DNA from: Obrimoposthia wandeli
Taxonomy: Eukaryota
Length of the DNA: 64,000 nt
Direction: 5' to 3'
Assembly (NCBI GenBank): GCA_977020255.1
Contig: CDROCS010000253.1
Location: 62,001-126,000, forward strand
Shown: positions 51,152 through 61,658 of the stretch, piece by piece
Position numbering within the stretch: position 1 is the stretch's first letter
How the letters are laid out: every line of letters begins with the position of its first letter
Made by a program: the position numbers and the translations under genes
Notes under the pieces: generated by a model
Database searches by the model: none
Told to the model about the DNA's origin: nothing
The model's input: the letters and a program-made list of their open reading frames with translations, nothing else

Positions 51152-52393
51152 TTAATGCCCTGAAAAAACCAGTACTTTAACCGGCAGTAACAAGGCTTGC
51201 ATGCGCAGAATTATTGCGTGAACAACCCCAACAGCATCAACCATATGCAAGTATATAGTTTCTGTAGTACTGAGTGTGCCACTAGCAAATAAGTCATGAT
51301 GATAACTGTATGCATTAGCGATACACTTTGTTCCAGGAATAACGCCATCAAGACCCCCTTCGTAAAGAGGCACTAACCTTACGGTTAGCGTACCCGGTCT
51401 TGCTCGCTCTTGAACATCTATCAAAGCCTCTGTCGTTCTCACTTGTCCAGTTGCAATAACACTTTGAACACTCGCTACTTGCATAGGTATGATGGTAAAA
51501 GGTTTAGATAAACACGTTATTTCAGCAAAAGTGCCTACTTTAATAACATTGGCCGCTAATTGATTAAAACCGGCCTGAACAGCTTCCTTTCCTGATGCCT
51601 CTCCAGAGGAAGGTACTATCATACCGGCAGAGCGAATCATCGGGTTAACAAAGTCACCTGGTTGCAATGCAAACTGCTGTAATTCGCCATCAATATGGGC
51701 ATAGATAGTACGTTTGCTTTCATCAACAATGGCGCTATTTAATACCTCAACAGCACTGGCTCTTTTCGTTGGTAAAATACTTTCGATTATCGCTTGCGCT
51801 GAAACTTCATTGGCAGTGGATGCTGATAAGCCAGCTTCATTCATCGCCACAGTATCAGCCATTTTTTGTACTTCGCTTTCACTAATAATATTGTTGCCCT
51901 TTAGCGATAACGCCTTCTTACGATCATATTCATTCTTCGAACGCATATAAGCACTATTCGCTTTTTTTACGTTACTTTTTGCTACCGCTAGTTGCGCATA
52001 GGCCGTAGTGAACTCTGCCTCAACTTGCTTTATTTGTGCTTCTGCTTGATCAATTGCCGCCAGTTGTGATTCATCATACATGCTAAAAATAGCAGTGCCC
52101 GCTTTAATTTTCTGATGATTTTTCACAAAGACATGCTCAACCCTGCCACTTTTCTCCGGCATGATAGACACAGTTCTAAACATTGGAGCAGCATTTGTCG
52201 TTGAGGGATGGTAATAAAAAATTAAGGTGACTAATGAAATCGATAAAATAACACAGGCTGATATGCCCCATCGCAGCTCATACCACATGGTAAAGAAGGT
52301 GATCTCCTTCCCCCAGGTCATACCTTGGCGATATTTTCGGAATAAATAATCCGGCAAAATGGTGATAAGTGAACAGAGTAGAACTTCTAACAT
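51152..52393 (-). CDS. HlyD-family membrane fusion protein (YibH/YiaV-like)
   Basis: MLEVLLCSLITILPDYLFR, PEKSGRVEHV, coiled coil, LQPGD. Confidence 0.75.
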   Translation of the reverse strand: MLEVLLCSLITILPDYLFRKYRQGMTWGKEITFFTMWYELRWGISACVILSISLVTLIFYYHPSTTNAAPMFRTVSIMPEKSGRVEHVFVKNHQKIKAGTAIFSMYDESQLAAIDQAEAQIKQVEAEFTTAYAQLAVAKSNVKKANSAYMRSKNEYDRKKALSLKGNNIISESEVQKMADTVAMNEAGLSASTANEVSAQAIIESILPTKRASAVEVLNSAIVDESKRTIYAHIDGELQQFALQPGDFVNPMIRSAGMIVPSSGEASGKEAVQAGFNQLAANVIKVGTFAEITCLSKPFTIIPMQVASVQSVIATGQVRTTEALIDVQERARPGTLTVRLVPLYEGGLDGVIPGTKCIANAYSYHHDLFASGTLSTTETIYLHMVDAVGVVHAIILRMQALLLPVKVLVFSGH

Positions 52394-52413
52394 TTAGTTA
52401 TTTTCCTTGACGA

Positions 52414-52770
52414 TCACTGTGTCTTCAGTATTTTCTGTGTTTTTTGCTCTTTACTGCTAGCGATAGTCGCTAAAGACTTCGCGATAGATTTTAACGGTGT
52501 TAAGAAGTCAGGTAGTTCAACAACCGCTAACACCAAAGCAGCAACCCAAAAAATATTATTATGAGTAAATAAAGCTAAAATAGTTAATATTGTGATCAGT
52601 TGTATTTGGGTATGATTTTTCCCGTGGGCGATATGCTCAGGAATAGCATGTAATTTAAAGTATAAAACACCCGCGATTAAAACTAAAAAAACAAGAATAA
52701 CAGCCATTACGACCATTAAAGGATCACTATCAGCGCCTGCCAAATATCCCGGAATATGCTCTGTATTCAT
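52414..52770 (-). CDS. Small inner-membrane protein (YibI/YiaW, DUF3302-like)
   Basis: YFKLHAIPEHIAH motif, FWVAALVLA, directly upstream of the MFP gene. Confidence 0.6.
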   Translation of the reverse strand: MNTEHIPGYLAGADSDPLMVVMAVILVFLVLIAGVLYFKLHAIPEHIAHGKNHTQIQLITILTILALFTHNNIFWVAALVLAVVELPDFLTPLKSIAKSLATIASSKEQKTQKILKTQ

Positions 52771-52842
52771 TACAACTCCCTATTATTCATTTATCACTTA
52801 TGGCTAACTTATGTCTAAAGTTAACTTATATCTAGGTTAACT

Positions 52843-54729
52843 TTAAACAATCGCCATATCACCTTTGCTTTGCAGCCAAACTTTTCTGTCTGGACTACGT
52901 TTTTTAGAAAGCAGCATATCCATTAACTCCATCGTTTCACTATGTTCATCAATGGTTAATTGTACTAATCGACGAGTATTAGGGTCCATAGTAGTTTCAC
53001 GTAACTGCGGTGGATTCATTTCACCCAAACCTTTAAAGCGTTGCACATTTACCTTGCCACGTTTTTTCTCTGCTTCTATTCGGTCTAAAATACCGTCTTT
53101 TTCCGCCTCGTCTAAAGCGTAGAACACTTCTTTCCCGATATCTATGCGATAAAGCGGCGGCATAGCAACATAGACATGGCCCGCTTGTACCAAAGGTAAA
53201 AAGTGTTGCATGAATAAGGCACATAATAAGGTCGCAATATGTAGTCCATCAGAATCGGCATCGGCCAAAATACAAATTTTACCATAACGTAATTCAGATA
53301 AGTCGTCACTATCAGGGTCAATACCCAGTGCCACTGAAATATCATGCACCTCTACCGAAGCAAGAATTTGCCCTGAATCGACTTCCCACGTGTTTAGAAT
53401 TTTACCTCGCAGTGGCATTATTGCTTGAAATTCTCGGTCACGGGCTTGTTTAGCACTACCGCCAGCTGAGTCACCTTCCACTAAAAACAATTCAGTGCGA
53501 GCTAAATCTTGACTGCCGCAATCTGTTAATTTCCCAGGTAAAGCAGGTCCTTGAGTGATTTTTTTACGAACAACTTTTTTACTAGCGCGCATGCGTTTTT
53601 GTGCGTTATTAATACAAAAATCTGCCAATAGTTCAGCTTTATCTGTGTGCTCGTTTAACCATAAACTAAAGGCATCTTTTACTACGCCAGTGACAAAAGC
53701 AGCACATTGTCGTGACGATAATCGCTCTTTGGTTTGCCCAGCGAATTGCGGGTCTTGCATCTTGATAGATAGGATATAACTACACTTATCCCATATATCA
53801 TCAGGCGTTAGTTTGACACCGCGGGGTAATAAATTGCGAAATTCACAAAATTCTCGCATCGATTCAAGTAGCCCTTGGCGCATGCCATTAACATGCGTAC
53901 CGCCAGCAATGGTTGGAATTAAGTTAACATAACTTTCACCTATACTTTCACCACCCTCAGGTAACCAAGTCACTGCCCAGTCGGCCGCTTCAAGTTGTGA
54001 GGAAAAACTGCCAACAAAAGGGTCTTCTGGTAATGAAACATAATCTTTTACTGAGTCTATCAGGTAATCAGTAAGGCCATCTTCATAACACCATTGATAT
54101 TTTTTATCTTCAATTTTATCATGAAATTTAATGGTTAAGCCTGGGCATAATACTGCCTTAGCTTTCAATAAATGCGTGAGGTGGCGTACCGAAAATTTAG
54201 CGGTATCAAAATAGCTAGCATCAGGCCAAAATTTAACACTTGTGCCTGTATTTCGTTTACCTACTGTGCCTGTTTCTCGTAGCTCTTCAACTTTGTCACC
54301 GTTTTCAAAGGCCATTTCATAGACTTTACTGTCTCGTCTAACGCTGACATCTACCCGCGTTGATAAAGCATTAACCACGGAAATACCAACACCATGTAAA
54401 CCACCTGAGAATTGATAACTTTTATTGGAAAATTTACCACCCGCGTGCAGCTTACAAAAGATAAGTTCAACCCCTGACACGCCCTCTTCAGGGTGAATAT
54501 CGGTAGGCATACCACGGCCATCATCAATTATTTCAAGTGACTGATCTTTTTCTAAAATAACACTAATATTTTGTGCGTGACCAGCAAGTGCTTCATCCAC
54601 TGAGTTATCAATAACCTCTTGGCCTAAATGATTAGGCCTGGTGGTATCGGTATACATGCCTGGACGGCGGCGAACGGGTTCTAAACCACTAAGTACTTCA
54701 ATGGAATCGGAATTGTATTGGTCAGTCAT
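52843..54729 (-). CDS. parE: DNA topoisomerase IV subunit B
   Basis: EVIDNSVDE, DDGRGMP, LHAGGKF, VEGDSAGGS, DADSDG, QRFKGLGEMNP. Confidence 0.98.
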   Translation of the reverse strand: MTDQYNSDSIEVLSGLEPVRRRPGMYTDTTRPNHLGQEVIDNSVDEALAGHAQNISVILEKDQSLEIIDDGRGMPTDIHPEEGVSGVELIFCKLHAGGKFSNKSYQFSGGLHGVGISVVNALSTRVDVSVRRDSKVYEMAFENGDKVEELRETGTVGKRNTGTSVKFWPDASYFDTAKFSVRHLTHLLKAKAVLCPGLTIKFHDKIEDKKYQWCYEDGLTDYLIDSVKDYVSLPEDPFVGSFSSQLEAADWAVTWLPEGGESIGESYVNLIPTIAGGTHVNGMRQGLLESMREFCEFRNLLPRGVKLTPDDIWDKCSYILSIKMQDPQFAGQTKERLSSRQCAAFVTGVVKDAFSLWLNEHTDKAELLADFCINNAQKRMRASKKVVRKKITQGPALPGKLTDCGSQDLARTELFLVEGDSAGGSAKQARDREFQAIMPLRGKILNTWEVDSGQILASVEVHDISVALGIDPDSDDLSELRYGKICILADADSDGLHIATLLCALFMQHFLPLVQAGHVYVAMPPLYRIDIGKEVFYALDEAEKDGILDRIEAEKKRGKVNVQRFKGLGEMNPPQLRETTMDPNTRRLVQLTIDEHSETMELMDMLLSKKRSPDRKVWLQSKGDMAIV

Positions 54730-54847
54730 TTGAAACTCAATTTAATCGCAGTTAAAAGGTTTAGGCGTTAGCGCAAGTATATTGCACATTGCTAATTTTA
54801 TTCGTGGCTATATCAAGAGGACTAATTTTAATCACTTATTTAATCAG

Positions 54848-55480
54848 TTAACGAGCGTGAATTCGTTTGGTATTTTCAAGTTTAAAAAAGTCACTGATGG
54901 CAGGTAAGCACTTATCAAAGTTGATAAAGCTATGATCACCACCCTCTTGTATTATTAATCGACAATGTTGATATTTTTCTACAGCTTGTTGGTAATTTAA
55001 CACTTCATCGCCCGTTTGTACCATAACTAGGTAATTATTTTTTTCCTTACAATCAATTGCTGGTGCAGTTTGCTCAAGCGCTTTCAGCTGCTCAATATGA
55101 TCTTCAGTCACCTGGTACACTTCTTCGGTATAAGGATTCACTTGCTCACCAATGTAATCGTGCAATAGCTCATAAGGTGTTATCGCCGGGTTAACTAGCA
55201 CTGCTAAGCTACTATATTTTTGCGATAAGTAACTAGCAAAGTAACCACCTAATGAAGAGCCTATTAAATACCATTGTGTATTTGAACCATTTGTCTTTGA
55301 GCTATGCTGTTCAATAAGTTGTTCTAATTGAGCAATCGCTTTCGCTGGAGTTGTTGCCAGTTGAGGACAGAAGAATTCAATGTCGGGAAAGTGCTTAGCT
55401 AAGTATTTACGGGTTTGCTCTGCTTTTAATGATAAGGGTGAAGAGTTAAACCCATGAATATATAGAATGTTTTTTTTCAT
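54848..55480 (-). CDS. yqiA: Esterase YqiA
   Basis: YIHGFNSSP, GSSLGG nucleophile, EGGDHSF, conserved synteny. Confidence 0.9.
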   Translation of the reverse strand: MKKNILYIHGFNSSPLSLKAEQTRKYLAKHFPDIEFFCPQLATTPAKAIAQLEQLIEQHSSKTNGSNTQWYLIGSSLGGYFASYLSQKYSSLAVLVNPAITPYELLHDYIGEQVNPYTEEVYQVTEDHIEQLKALEQTAPAIDCKEKNNYLVMVQTGDEVLNYQQAVEKYQHCRLIIQEGGDHSFINFDKCLPAISDFFKLENTKRIHAR

Positions 55481-55593
55481 AATTAAGATTTTAGTGATTA
55501 ATTTTAGTTGTTAAACATTTGTTTTATCTAGAGAATAATAACCATAATGGTGTCTCTTATCATTTAAATATAAGATACGTTATGCTTATAAAT

Positions 55594-56430
55594 TTATAAA
55601 GTAACAACGTCAGTACTTAATTGACCATCTGCATATAAATAGAAAAGTCTATATCCAGGTCCTTTTGCTAAAGCAGCTACACCATCAACACTTGGATCAA
55701 ATTGAATGGACGTAGCAGGGCAAGTATATAAAGTTACTGGCTCTTTGAGCTTGGTAAACGTTGAATTTAGCGGCTGACTTAATGGCTTGATTAGTGAAGT
55801 AGTTAAGACATTAGTTAGCTGCATAGCACCATGAACATGCCCGCAAGCAATCGCTTTTATATTGTCATAACCATTAACAACTTGCCAAAAAGCAGTTTTA
55901 TTTTGTAAACCATGATTATCAATGAAGTACCCCACGTCTATCGGGTGATGGTGCATCATCAATAACTGATGTTTGTCTTTTTTGATAGCACACTGCAACT
56001 TCCCAAATGCTTTTTCAGCAACATAACCTGCAGGTGTTGCACTCTTGCTATCAACAAGTTGAATTTGCCAATGCGATAAGTTGATTTCTTTATCTGCTTG
56101 AAACGGCGCTGCTGAAAAGTATTTAGCCAATAACTCTGGCTCATCATGGTTGCCCGCCAAATAATAAATAGGCACGGTAATATTACACTCATGCACACAA
56201 TCAACAAAGTTCTGATAAGACTGTTCTGTATGGTCTTGGGTCAAATCGCCAGTAAAAACGACATATTCTATTTGTGAATTATCAAAAATACTCAGTAAAA
56301 CTTTTTTAAGATTTTTTAGAACATTATGCCCGTGGTGTAAACCATCAGGTGAAGAGAATAAATGACTATCGGTTATTTGTGCAAAAACAATAGGTGTATT
56401 GTTCAAGGAGTAAGGTTCAGTTACTTTCAT
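55594..56430 (-). CDS. cpdA: 3',5'-cyclic-AMP phosphodiesterase CpdA
   Basis: TDSH, TGDLTQD, GNHD, HHHP and CGHVH motifs, conserved synteny. Confidence 0.88.
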   Translation of the reverse strand: MKVTEPYSLNNTPIVFAQITDSHLFSSPDGLHHGHNVLKNLKKVLLSIFDNSQIEYVVFTGDLTQDHTEQSYQNFVDCVHECNITVPIYYLAGNHDEPELLAKYFSAAPFQADKEINLSHWQIQLVDSKSATPAGYVAEKAFGKLQCAIKKDKHQLLMMHHHPIDVGYFIDNHGLQNKTAFWQVVNGYDNIKAIACGHVHGAMQLTNVLTTSLIKPLSQPLNSTFTKLKEPVTLYTCPATSIQFDPSVDGVAALAKGPGYRLFYLYADGQLSTDVVTL

Positions 56431-56476
56431 AAGGTAAGAGTCATAAGTTAAGATTCATCAATTAGCAGTTCATATA

Positions 56477-56971
56477 TTAAGAAAGCAACTCAATGTTCAC
56501 TTGCCCTAAACGCAAACATAAATGTAGCCATTCATTTAAAAACTGATTAGTTTGTTGTTTTTCATCTTGCTGGTGCATTTGACTATTAGGATAATCGTAG
56601 CGTGGTTTTACCTGCCTGATGTCTTGTGTTGAAAGAACTTCCGCCATACGAGCATCATGATATAAGCGAATAGTCATGCGTGGATGTAGTGCGGTGGCCA
56701 CAATACCTGGTATATTTTTAAAAGATGAACTTAGGCTTTCTTGCTCAAAACAGATGACAGACGTGTATCGAGTCACCTCTTTTATCGTGACACTATAAGC
56801 GAGGAAATCGCTGATAAAAAAATGTCGTATTTCTTCGAGCGCAGTTTTACCAGCTAACACTTTTTGCAGCAACATATAGTTGTTGGCACACAGGGTCATC
56901 AAACTAACTAAATTAGGTTGGTAACTTTTTCTACCCGCGTTAACAAACGCTCTGTTAGGAAAAAAACTCAT
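56477..56971 (-). CDS. yqiB: DUF1249 family protein YqiB
   Basis: RLYHDARMAEV, YDYPN...DEKQQTNQFLNEWL. Confidence 0.85.
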   Translation of the reverse strand: MSFFPNRAFVNAGRKSYQPNLVSLMTLCANNYMLLQKVLAGKTALEEIRHFFISDFLAYSVTIKEVTRYTSVICFEQESLSSSFKNIPGIVATALHPRMTIRLYHDARMAEVLSTQDIRQVKPRYDYPNSQMHQQDEKQQTNQFLNEWLHLCLRLGQVNIELLS

Positions 56972-57023
56972 GAGTGCCTCTTAATCGCTATTTTTAGCGG
57001 TACAACTCTTTAGTATTTCTACC

Positions 57024-57668
57024 TTAAATAGATAGAGATTGATAGTTCAGTGCCAGCCATTGTAACCCGATAATAGTAGCTGCGTTAGTGATTTTACCTT
57101 GGGCTAATAGCTCTAAAGCATCAGTACGACTGACAAGGTGTAATAAAATATCTTCATTCTCCTCAGGTAAACCGTGAATGGCACCATCCTTTACTTGCTC
57201 ACTATCAAAATGCGCTAAATACAGATGAATCCGCTCACTCATACCGCCTGGACTAGAAAGATATTGCATAATAGGTATTAAATCATTGTTGCAAAGGGTT
57301 AAGTCTGTTTCCTCTTTAGCCTCTCTTATAGCGACTTCACTTGGCGTTTCATTATCATCAAACATGCCAGCAATAAATTCTAACAACCAAGGACTGTCTT
57401 CTCCCCTTAAAGCGCCGGGTCTAAACTGCTCTATTAATAACACTTTATCTAACGTTGCATCATAAGGCATAACAACCACAGCATCACCACGTTCAAAGAT
57501 TTCTCGAGTAAAAACCTGACTTTGTTCTCCCGAAAATAGTTTGTGTTGCAATGAGTATTCATTCATCTTAAAAAAACCCTGATATTTCGTTACAACTGAG
57601 TGCACAGACACCTGTTTATTATCGAATTTCAGCATAGCTAACGGCTTATTTTTATTACTTATCATCAT
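57024..57668 (-). CDS. nudF: ADP-ribose pyrophosphatase NudF
   Basis: REIFERGDAV, EQFRPGA, Nudix box AIREAKEE, SSPGGMSE. Confidence 0.92.
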   Translation of the reverse strand: MMISNKNKPLAMLKFDNKQVSVHSVVTKYQGFFKMNEYSLQHKLFSGEQSQVFTREIFERGDAVVVMPYDATLDKVLLIEQFRPGALRGEDSPWLLEFIAGMFDDNETPSEVAIREAKEETDLTLCNNDLIPIMQYLSSPGGMSERIHLYLAHFDSEQVKDGAIHGLPEENEDILLHLVSRTDALELLAQGKITNAATIIGLQWLALNYQSLSI

Positions 57669-57904
57669 GTATCTCTTTTTAATAATAATTTGTTACACTA
57701 GTAAACAGTTATTTTATTTGGTTAACTTTAAAATCCATGTAGGATACCCTACCAGCGAATATCAATAAATAAAGAATAAGAGTAATACCAATTACATAAA
57801 GTTTGTGATCTTGTTGTGCTCCGGAGAAATAAATCAGGGCAAGGCGTTCGATTAAGCAATAATTTAATGACATTGGTATAATACACCCAAGGAATTCCTT
57901 ACTC

Positions 57905-59251
57905 ATGAATAAAACACTAAGCACACTAATTATAGCTATAACTGCTGCCATTAGTAGTACACATGCCCAAGCCGATGATTTACTTACCGTTTATCAACAG
58001 GCTTTATTAAACGATCCTGTGGTACTTAAAGCACAAGCTCAGTTTATGATAGTTAAAGAAGATATTGTCCAAGCGCGTTCAGTATTATTACCACAAATTA
58101 CCGCAAGTGGTGGTTATAACACTGGCGAGCAAGAATCATATTCGAATTTTTCCAGTTCAGTCATTAATAGCGAATTTTCCAATTTAACTTATGGCGCTAA
58201 CTTAAATATGCAGCTTTATCATCATGATAGCTGGTTACGTTTAGGTAATGCAGAAAAAGCAGCCCATCAAAGTGATCTAACTTATCAAGTAGCAAAGCAG
58301 GATTTAATTACCCGCGTTGCTAAGGCTTATTTTGATTTACTCAGTACTAAAGATGATCTTGTTTTTGCTACGGCCGAAAAAGATGCTATTGCTCGCCAAC
58401 TTGAGCAAACCAAACAGCGATTCTCAGTCGGTTTAACCGCTATAACTGATGTGTATGAAGCACAAGCACAGTTTGATAGTGCTGTTACTGAAGAAATTCG
58501 TGCTGAAAATGCAATTTTCCAAGCCGAAGAAGAGTTACGTGTTATAACGAATACTTACCCTAAAAATGTGAGTGTTTTAAATACCCAACGTTTTAGTACC
58601 AGTACACCAATACCAAATAGCGCTGATGAATGGCAAATCACTGCAGAAGCTAAAAATCTAGATTTAATTACCGCTAAAGTAAGTATAGATATTGCGCAAG
58701 ATAATATTGATATAGCCCGCTCTGGTCATTATCCTACTTTAGATTTTGGTGCTACCTACAGCGGCCAAGATGATGAAACAACTATCAGTAATGTCACTAC
58801 CGATGCCCCTGGTGTTGATGGTTACTCACTTGGCGTTCAATTAAGTATTCCAATATATTCTGGTGGTGCTATTCAAAGTTCAGTGCGTAAAGCGCAAAAT
58901 AGCTTTGTACTTGCCAGCCAAGATTTATCTTTAACACATCGCAGTGTTGTTCGTACTACTCGTAATGCTTACAACACAGTAATAGCAGCAATTTCAGCTA
59001 TCAAAGCGTTCGAACAATCAGTATTAAGTGCTCAAAAAGCACTGGAAGCGACTGAAGCTGGTTTTGAAGTAGGTACTCGTACTATTGTTGATGTATTAGA
59101 TAGCACGCAGAATTTATATAACGCTAAACGTAATTTATCTACAACACGTTATGCCTATATTCAAAACGTTTTATTATTAAAGCGTGCGGCAGGTACTATT
59201 ACTGATGAAGATATCAATGCTATTAACTCTGGTTTAATCGCAGTCAATTAA
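57905..59251 (+). CDS. tolC: Outer-membrane channel TolC
   Basis: Signal peptide, ARSGHYPTL, GFEVGTRTIVDVL, divergent from nudF. Confidence 0.93.
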   Translation: MNKTLSTLIIAITAAISSTHAQADDLLTVYQQALLNDPVVLKAQAQFMIVKEDIVQARSVLLPQITASGGYNTGEQESYSNFSSSVINSEFSNLTYGANLNMQLYHHDSWLRLGNAEKAAHQSDLTYQVAKQDLITRVAKAYFDLLSTKDDLVFATAEKDAIARQLEQTKQRFSVGLTAITDVYEAQAQFDSAVTEEIRAENAIFQAEEELRVITNTYPKNVSVLNTQRFSTSTPIPNSADEWQITAEAKNLDLITAKVSIDIAQDNIDIARSGHYPTLDFGATYSGQDDETTISNVTTDAPGVDGYSLGVQLSIPIYSGGAIQSSVRKAQNSFVLASQDLSLTHRSVVRTTRNAYNTVIAAISAIKAFEQSVLSAQKALEATEAGFEVGTRTIVDVLDSTQNLYNAKRNLSTTRYAYIQNVLLLKRAAGTITDEDINAINSGLIAVN

Positions 59252-59270
59252 TCGTTCATGATGAAATGAC

Positions 59271-59315
59271 AATAAGTGACAAGTAGAATATAACGCTACT
59301 TGTCACTTATTTTTT
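59271..59315. terminator. Terminator between tolC and the glycosyltransferase
   Basis: AATAAGTGACAAGTAG-9 nt-CTACTTGTCACTTATT followed by T's (16-bp stem). Confidence 0.8.
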
Positions 59316-59336
59316 ATAACAGACACTCACTTTTAT

Positions 59337-60443
59337 TTACATCAAACCCCTGAAAAATGTGACAAGCTCTTTCGCTTCGCGCTCAACTGAATAATGTTCT
59401 AGAACTCGCTCACGGCCATCACGCCCCATTTGCATTAACCTATCTTCATCAGCTAATAACAGCGACATTTTTTCCGTAACGGCGGTTAAATCATTAATAG
59501 GCACAACGTAACCATCAACACCTTGACGCACAACTTCAGGCCAAGCACCCGCTTCACTGGCCAATACTGCCGCACCACTACTCATTGCTTCTAAAATAGT
59601 TAAACCAAAACCTTCATTTTCACTCAAAGCTACCACTAATGACAAGCTGCTAAATATTTTAGGAATATCAGCAAAATTTTGCTCTCCTGCAAAAACGATA
59701 CGTTCACTTAAGTCAGCTTGGTCAATTTTACTTTGTAATTCATTAACAAAACTTTCATTACTCGACGATATTGAACCAACAATGACTGCCGTATAATCAG
59801 GTTTATCTTTTAATATATCGATGCAAGACTCGACAAATAAATGCACGCCCTTTTGCTTACGCACTCGTCCTAATATCGCAATACCCTGCTTCCCTTTTAC
59901 GCTACTCTCAGGAAGTAAACCAAGGGACTGCCACGCTTGACTTTTATCTGTGGCTGGCAGGTAAACATCTGTTTTTACCCCATGGTAAATAATAGCATCA
60001 GGTTTTCGGTGTAAATAACTTGCTGAGGCTTTGCACATGGCAAGTACCGCATCCATTCTATCTGTTAACCATAATGTAAAACCTGAGCGATGACGCTGGG
60101 CTGCGCTACTAAAAACAATCTTTAGTTTAACGCGAAATACATACTTTAATAACAAGGCTTGGATCATCTCATCAACACGACGAGCATGAAAAACTCTAAA
60201 CTTGCCTGTAGAGAGTGGTTTTCTACATAAATTAGCAACTTGCCAAAAACTAATCGATAATGACTCATCAGGTAAGTGGTGTTTACCCATCACTCGTAAA
60301 TTGATCAAGTCTTGTTCGTGAGACAAAACCTGTAACATAGTTGATGTTACGCCAGAAAAATTAGAATTCGAATTACCAATGATCAATTCAATTTCTTGTC
60401 CATTGACGCCATTTTTTTCTCTTTGACCCATAATGACCAGCAA
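59337..60443 (-). CDS. GT4 glycosyltransferase, LpcC-like LPS core mannosyltransferase
   Basis: NFSGVTST, HARR, GRVRKQKG, EGFGLTILEAM (EX7E). Confidence 0.75.
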   Translation of the reverse strand: MLVIMGQREKNGVNGQEIELIIGNSNSNFSGVTSTMLQVLSHEQDLINLRVMGKHHLPDESLSISFWQVANLCRKPLSTGKFRVFHARRVDEMIQALLLKYVFRVKLKIVFSSAAQRHRSGFTLWLTDRMDAVLAMCKASASYLHRKPDAIIYHGVKTDVYLPATDKSQAWQSLGLLPESSVKGKQGIAILGRVRKQKGVHLFVESCIDILKDKPDYTAVIVGSISSSNESFVNELQSKIDQADLSERIVFAGEQNFADIPKIFSSLSLVVALSENEGFGLTILEAMSSGAAVLASEAGAWPEVVRQGVDGYVVPINDLTAVTEKMSLLLADEDRLMQMGRDGRERVLEHYSVEREAKELVTFFRGLM

Positions 60444-60561
60444 TTAATAGTATGAAAAATAATACTCTCCATTCTACGTTAAAGCAGATAATAAGTTAAT
60501 TGCCTATTTAAAAGTAACTTAGGTATAATCATTAACCTAAATATTCCTCAGAGAGAACACT

Positions 60562-61500
60562 GTGAGCAGCAATAAAGTTTTACAGCCTAATTTTAAATTA
60601 TCGTTTTTATATCCTAAATATTGGCTCACTTGGTTAGGTGTTTTTATTCTTTACACTATTTCATGGCTCCCTTTTAAACTACAACTATTTATGGGACGTA
60701 TGCTCGGCCGATTGTTAATGAAAATAGGCTCTAAACGTAAGCATGTGGCATTAACCAACCTTAGGTTATGTTTTCCAGAGAAAAGTGAAGAGGAATTACA
60801 AACGCTACTTAAAAGAAACTTTGAAAATACAGGTATTGCCCTTTTTGAAACCGGTATGGGCTGGTGGTGGCCTGACTGGCGCGTAAAACGAAAATTTAAA
60901 GTAAAAGGTTTAGAGCATATTGAAAAAGCCCGTCAAGAAGGCAAAGGGGTTTTACTGCTTGCCATGCATTACTTAAGCGTCGAAATGAATGCAAGAGGCG
61001 TTGGTTATGGTCATCCAATGGTCGTTTTTTATCGACCTCATAATAATCAATTGATGGAGTTTTTTCAGTTTCGAGGACGAGGCCGCTCTAATAAGTACAT
61101 GTTAGGTAAGCGTGATGTAAAAGGATTGGTTAAAGCGCTAAGAGATGGTGAAGCTTGCATTTACCTACCCGATCAAGATTATGGCAGAAATCGTAGTGTT
61201 TTTGTGCCTTTCTTTGGTGTTAAAGAAGCAGCAAGCACAACTGGTACTTTAATCTTTGCTCGACAAAAAAATGTTGAAACCATGATGATTATTCCGGTAA
61301 GAAATAACGATGGCAGTGGCTACACCTTAGAAATTATGGCGCCATTAGAAAATTTTCCTACGAAAGATGATATTGCCGATGTCACTCGTATCAATCAAGA
61401 GTTAGAAAAAGCAATTTTACGCGAACCCGAACAATACATGTGGTTGCACAGGCGTTTTAAGACAAGACCAAACCCAGACGATGCCTCATTATATAAATAA
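60562..61500 (+). CDS. lpxL: Lipid A late acyltransferase (LpxL/LpxP family)
   Basis: HYLSVE, YLPDQDYG, PEQYMWLHRRFKTRP. Confidence 0.85.
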   Translation: MSSNKVLQPNFKLSFLYPKYWLTWLGVFILYTISWLPFKLQLFMGRMLGRLLMKIGSKRKHVALTNLRLCFPEKSEEELQTLLKRNFENTGIALFETGMGWWWPDWRVKRKFKVKGLEHIEKARQEGKGVLLLAMHYLSVEMNARGVGYGHPMVVFYRPHNNQLMEFFQFRGRGRSNKYMLGKRDVKGLVKALRDGEACIYLPDQDYGRNRSVFVPFFGVKEAASTTGTLIFARQKNVETMMIIPVRNNDGSGYTLEIMAPLENFPTKDDIADVTRINQELEKAILREPEQYMWLHRRFKTRPNPDDASLYK

Positions 61501-61658
61501 CGTTCAACTATACCTTTAAAGGTAAAAGGTAATTTTATGTAAGGGCCTGAAAATTTAGGGTATTAAGGCTCACAGGGATAGTTTGTATAATTATGATTCT
61601 TTACGTAAAGTAGCTTAACTATAATTAAAGTAATGATAACAAAGGTGTTAATTAATCA

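Noticed and set aside
52805-52845. 16-17-bp TAACTTAT(G/A)TCTA tandem and GTTAAC palindromes at the parE stop as an operator
   Set aside because: Short and AT-rich, with no candidate regulator. Indistinguishable from slippage.
339-57951. Short ORFs nested in or antisense to long genes (e.g. 430-630, 6187-6558, 8211-8717, 16519-16902, 29377-29868, 39362-39706, 46359-46703, 57709-57951)
   Set aside because: They overlap well-supported genes or promoters and have no recognisable motifs. Expected by chance on the opposite strand.
59267-59282. Second Pho-box-like TGACAA pair
   Set aside because: 10-bp rather than 11-bp period, part of a terminator stem, and located between convergent 3' ends.
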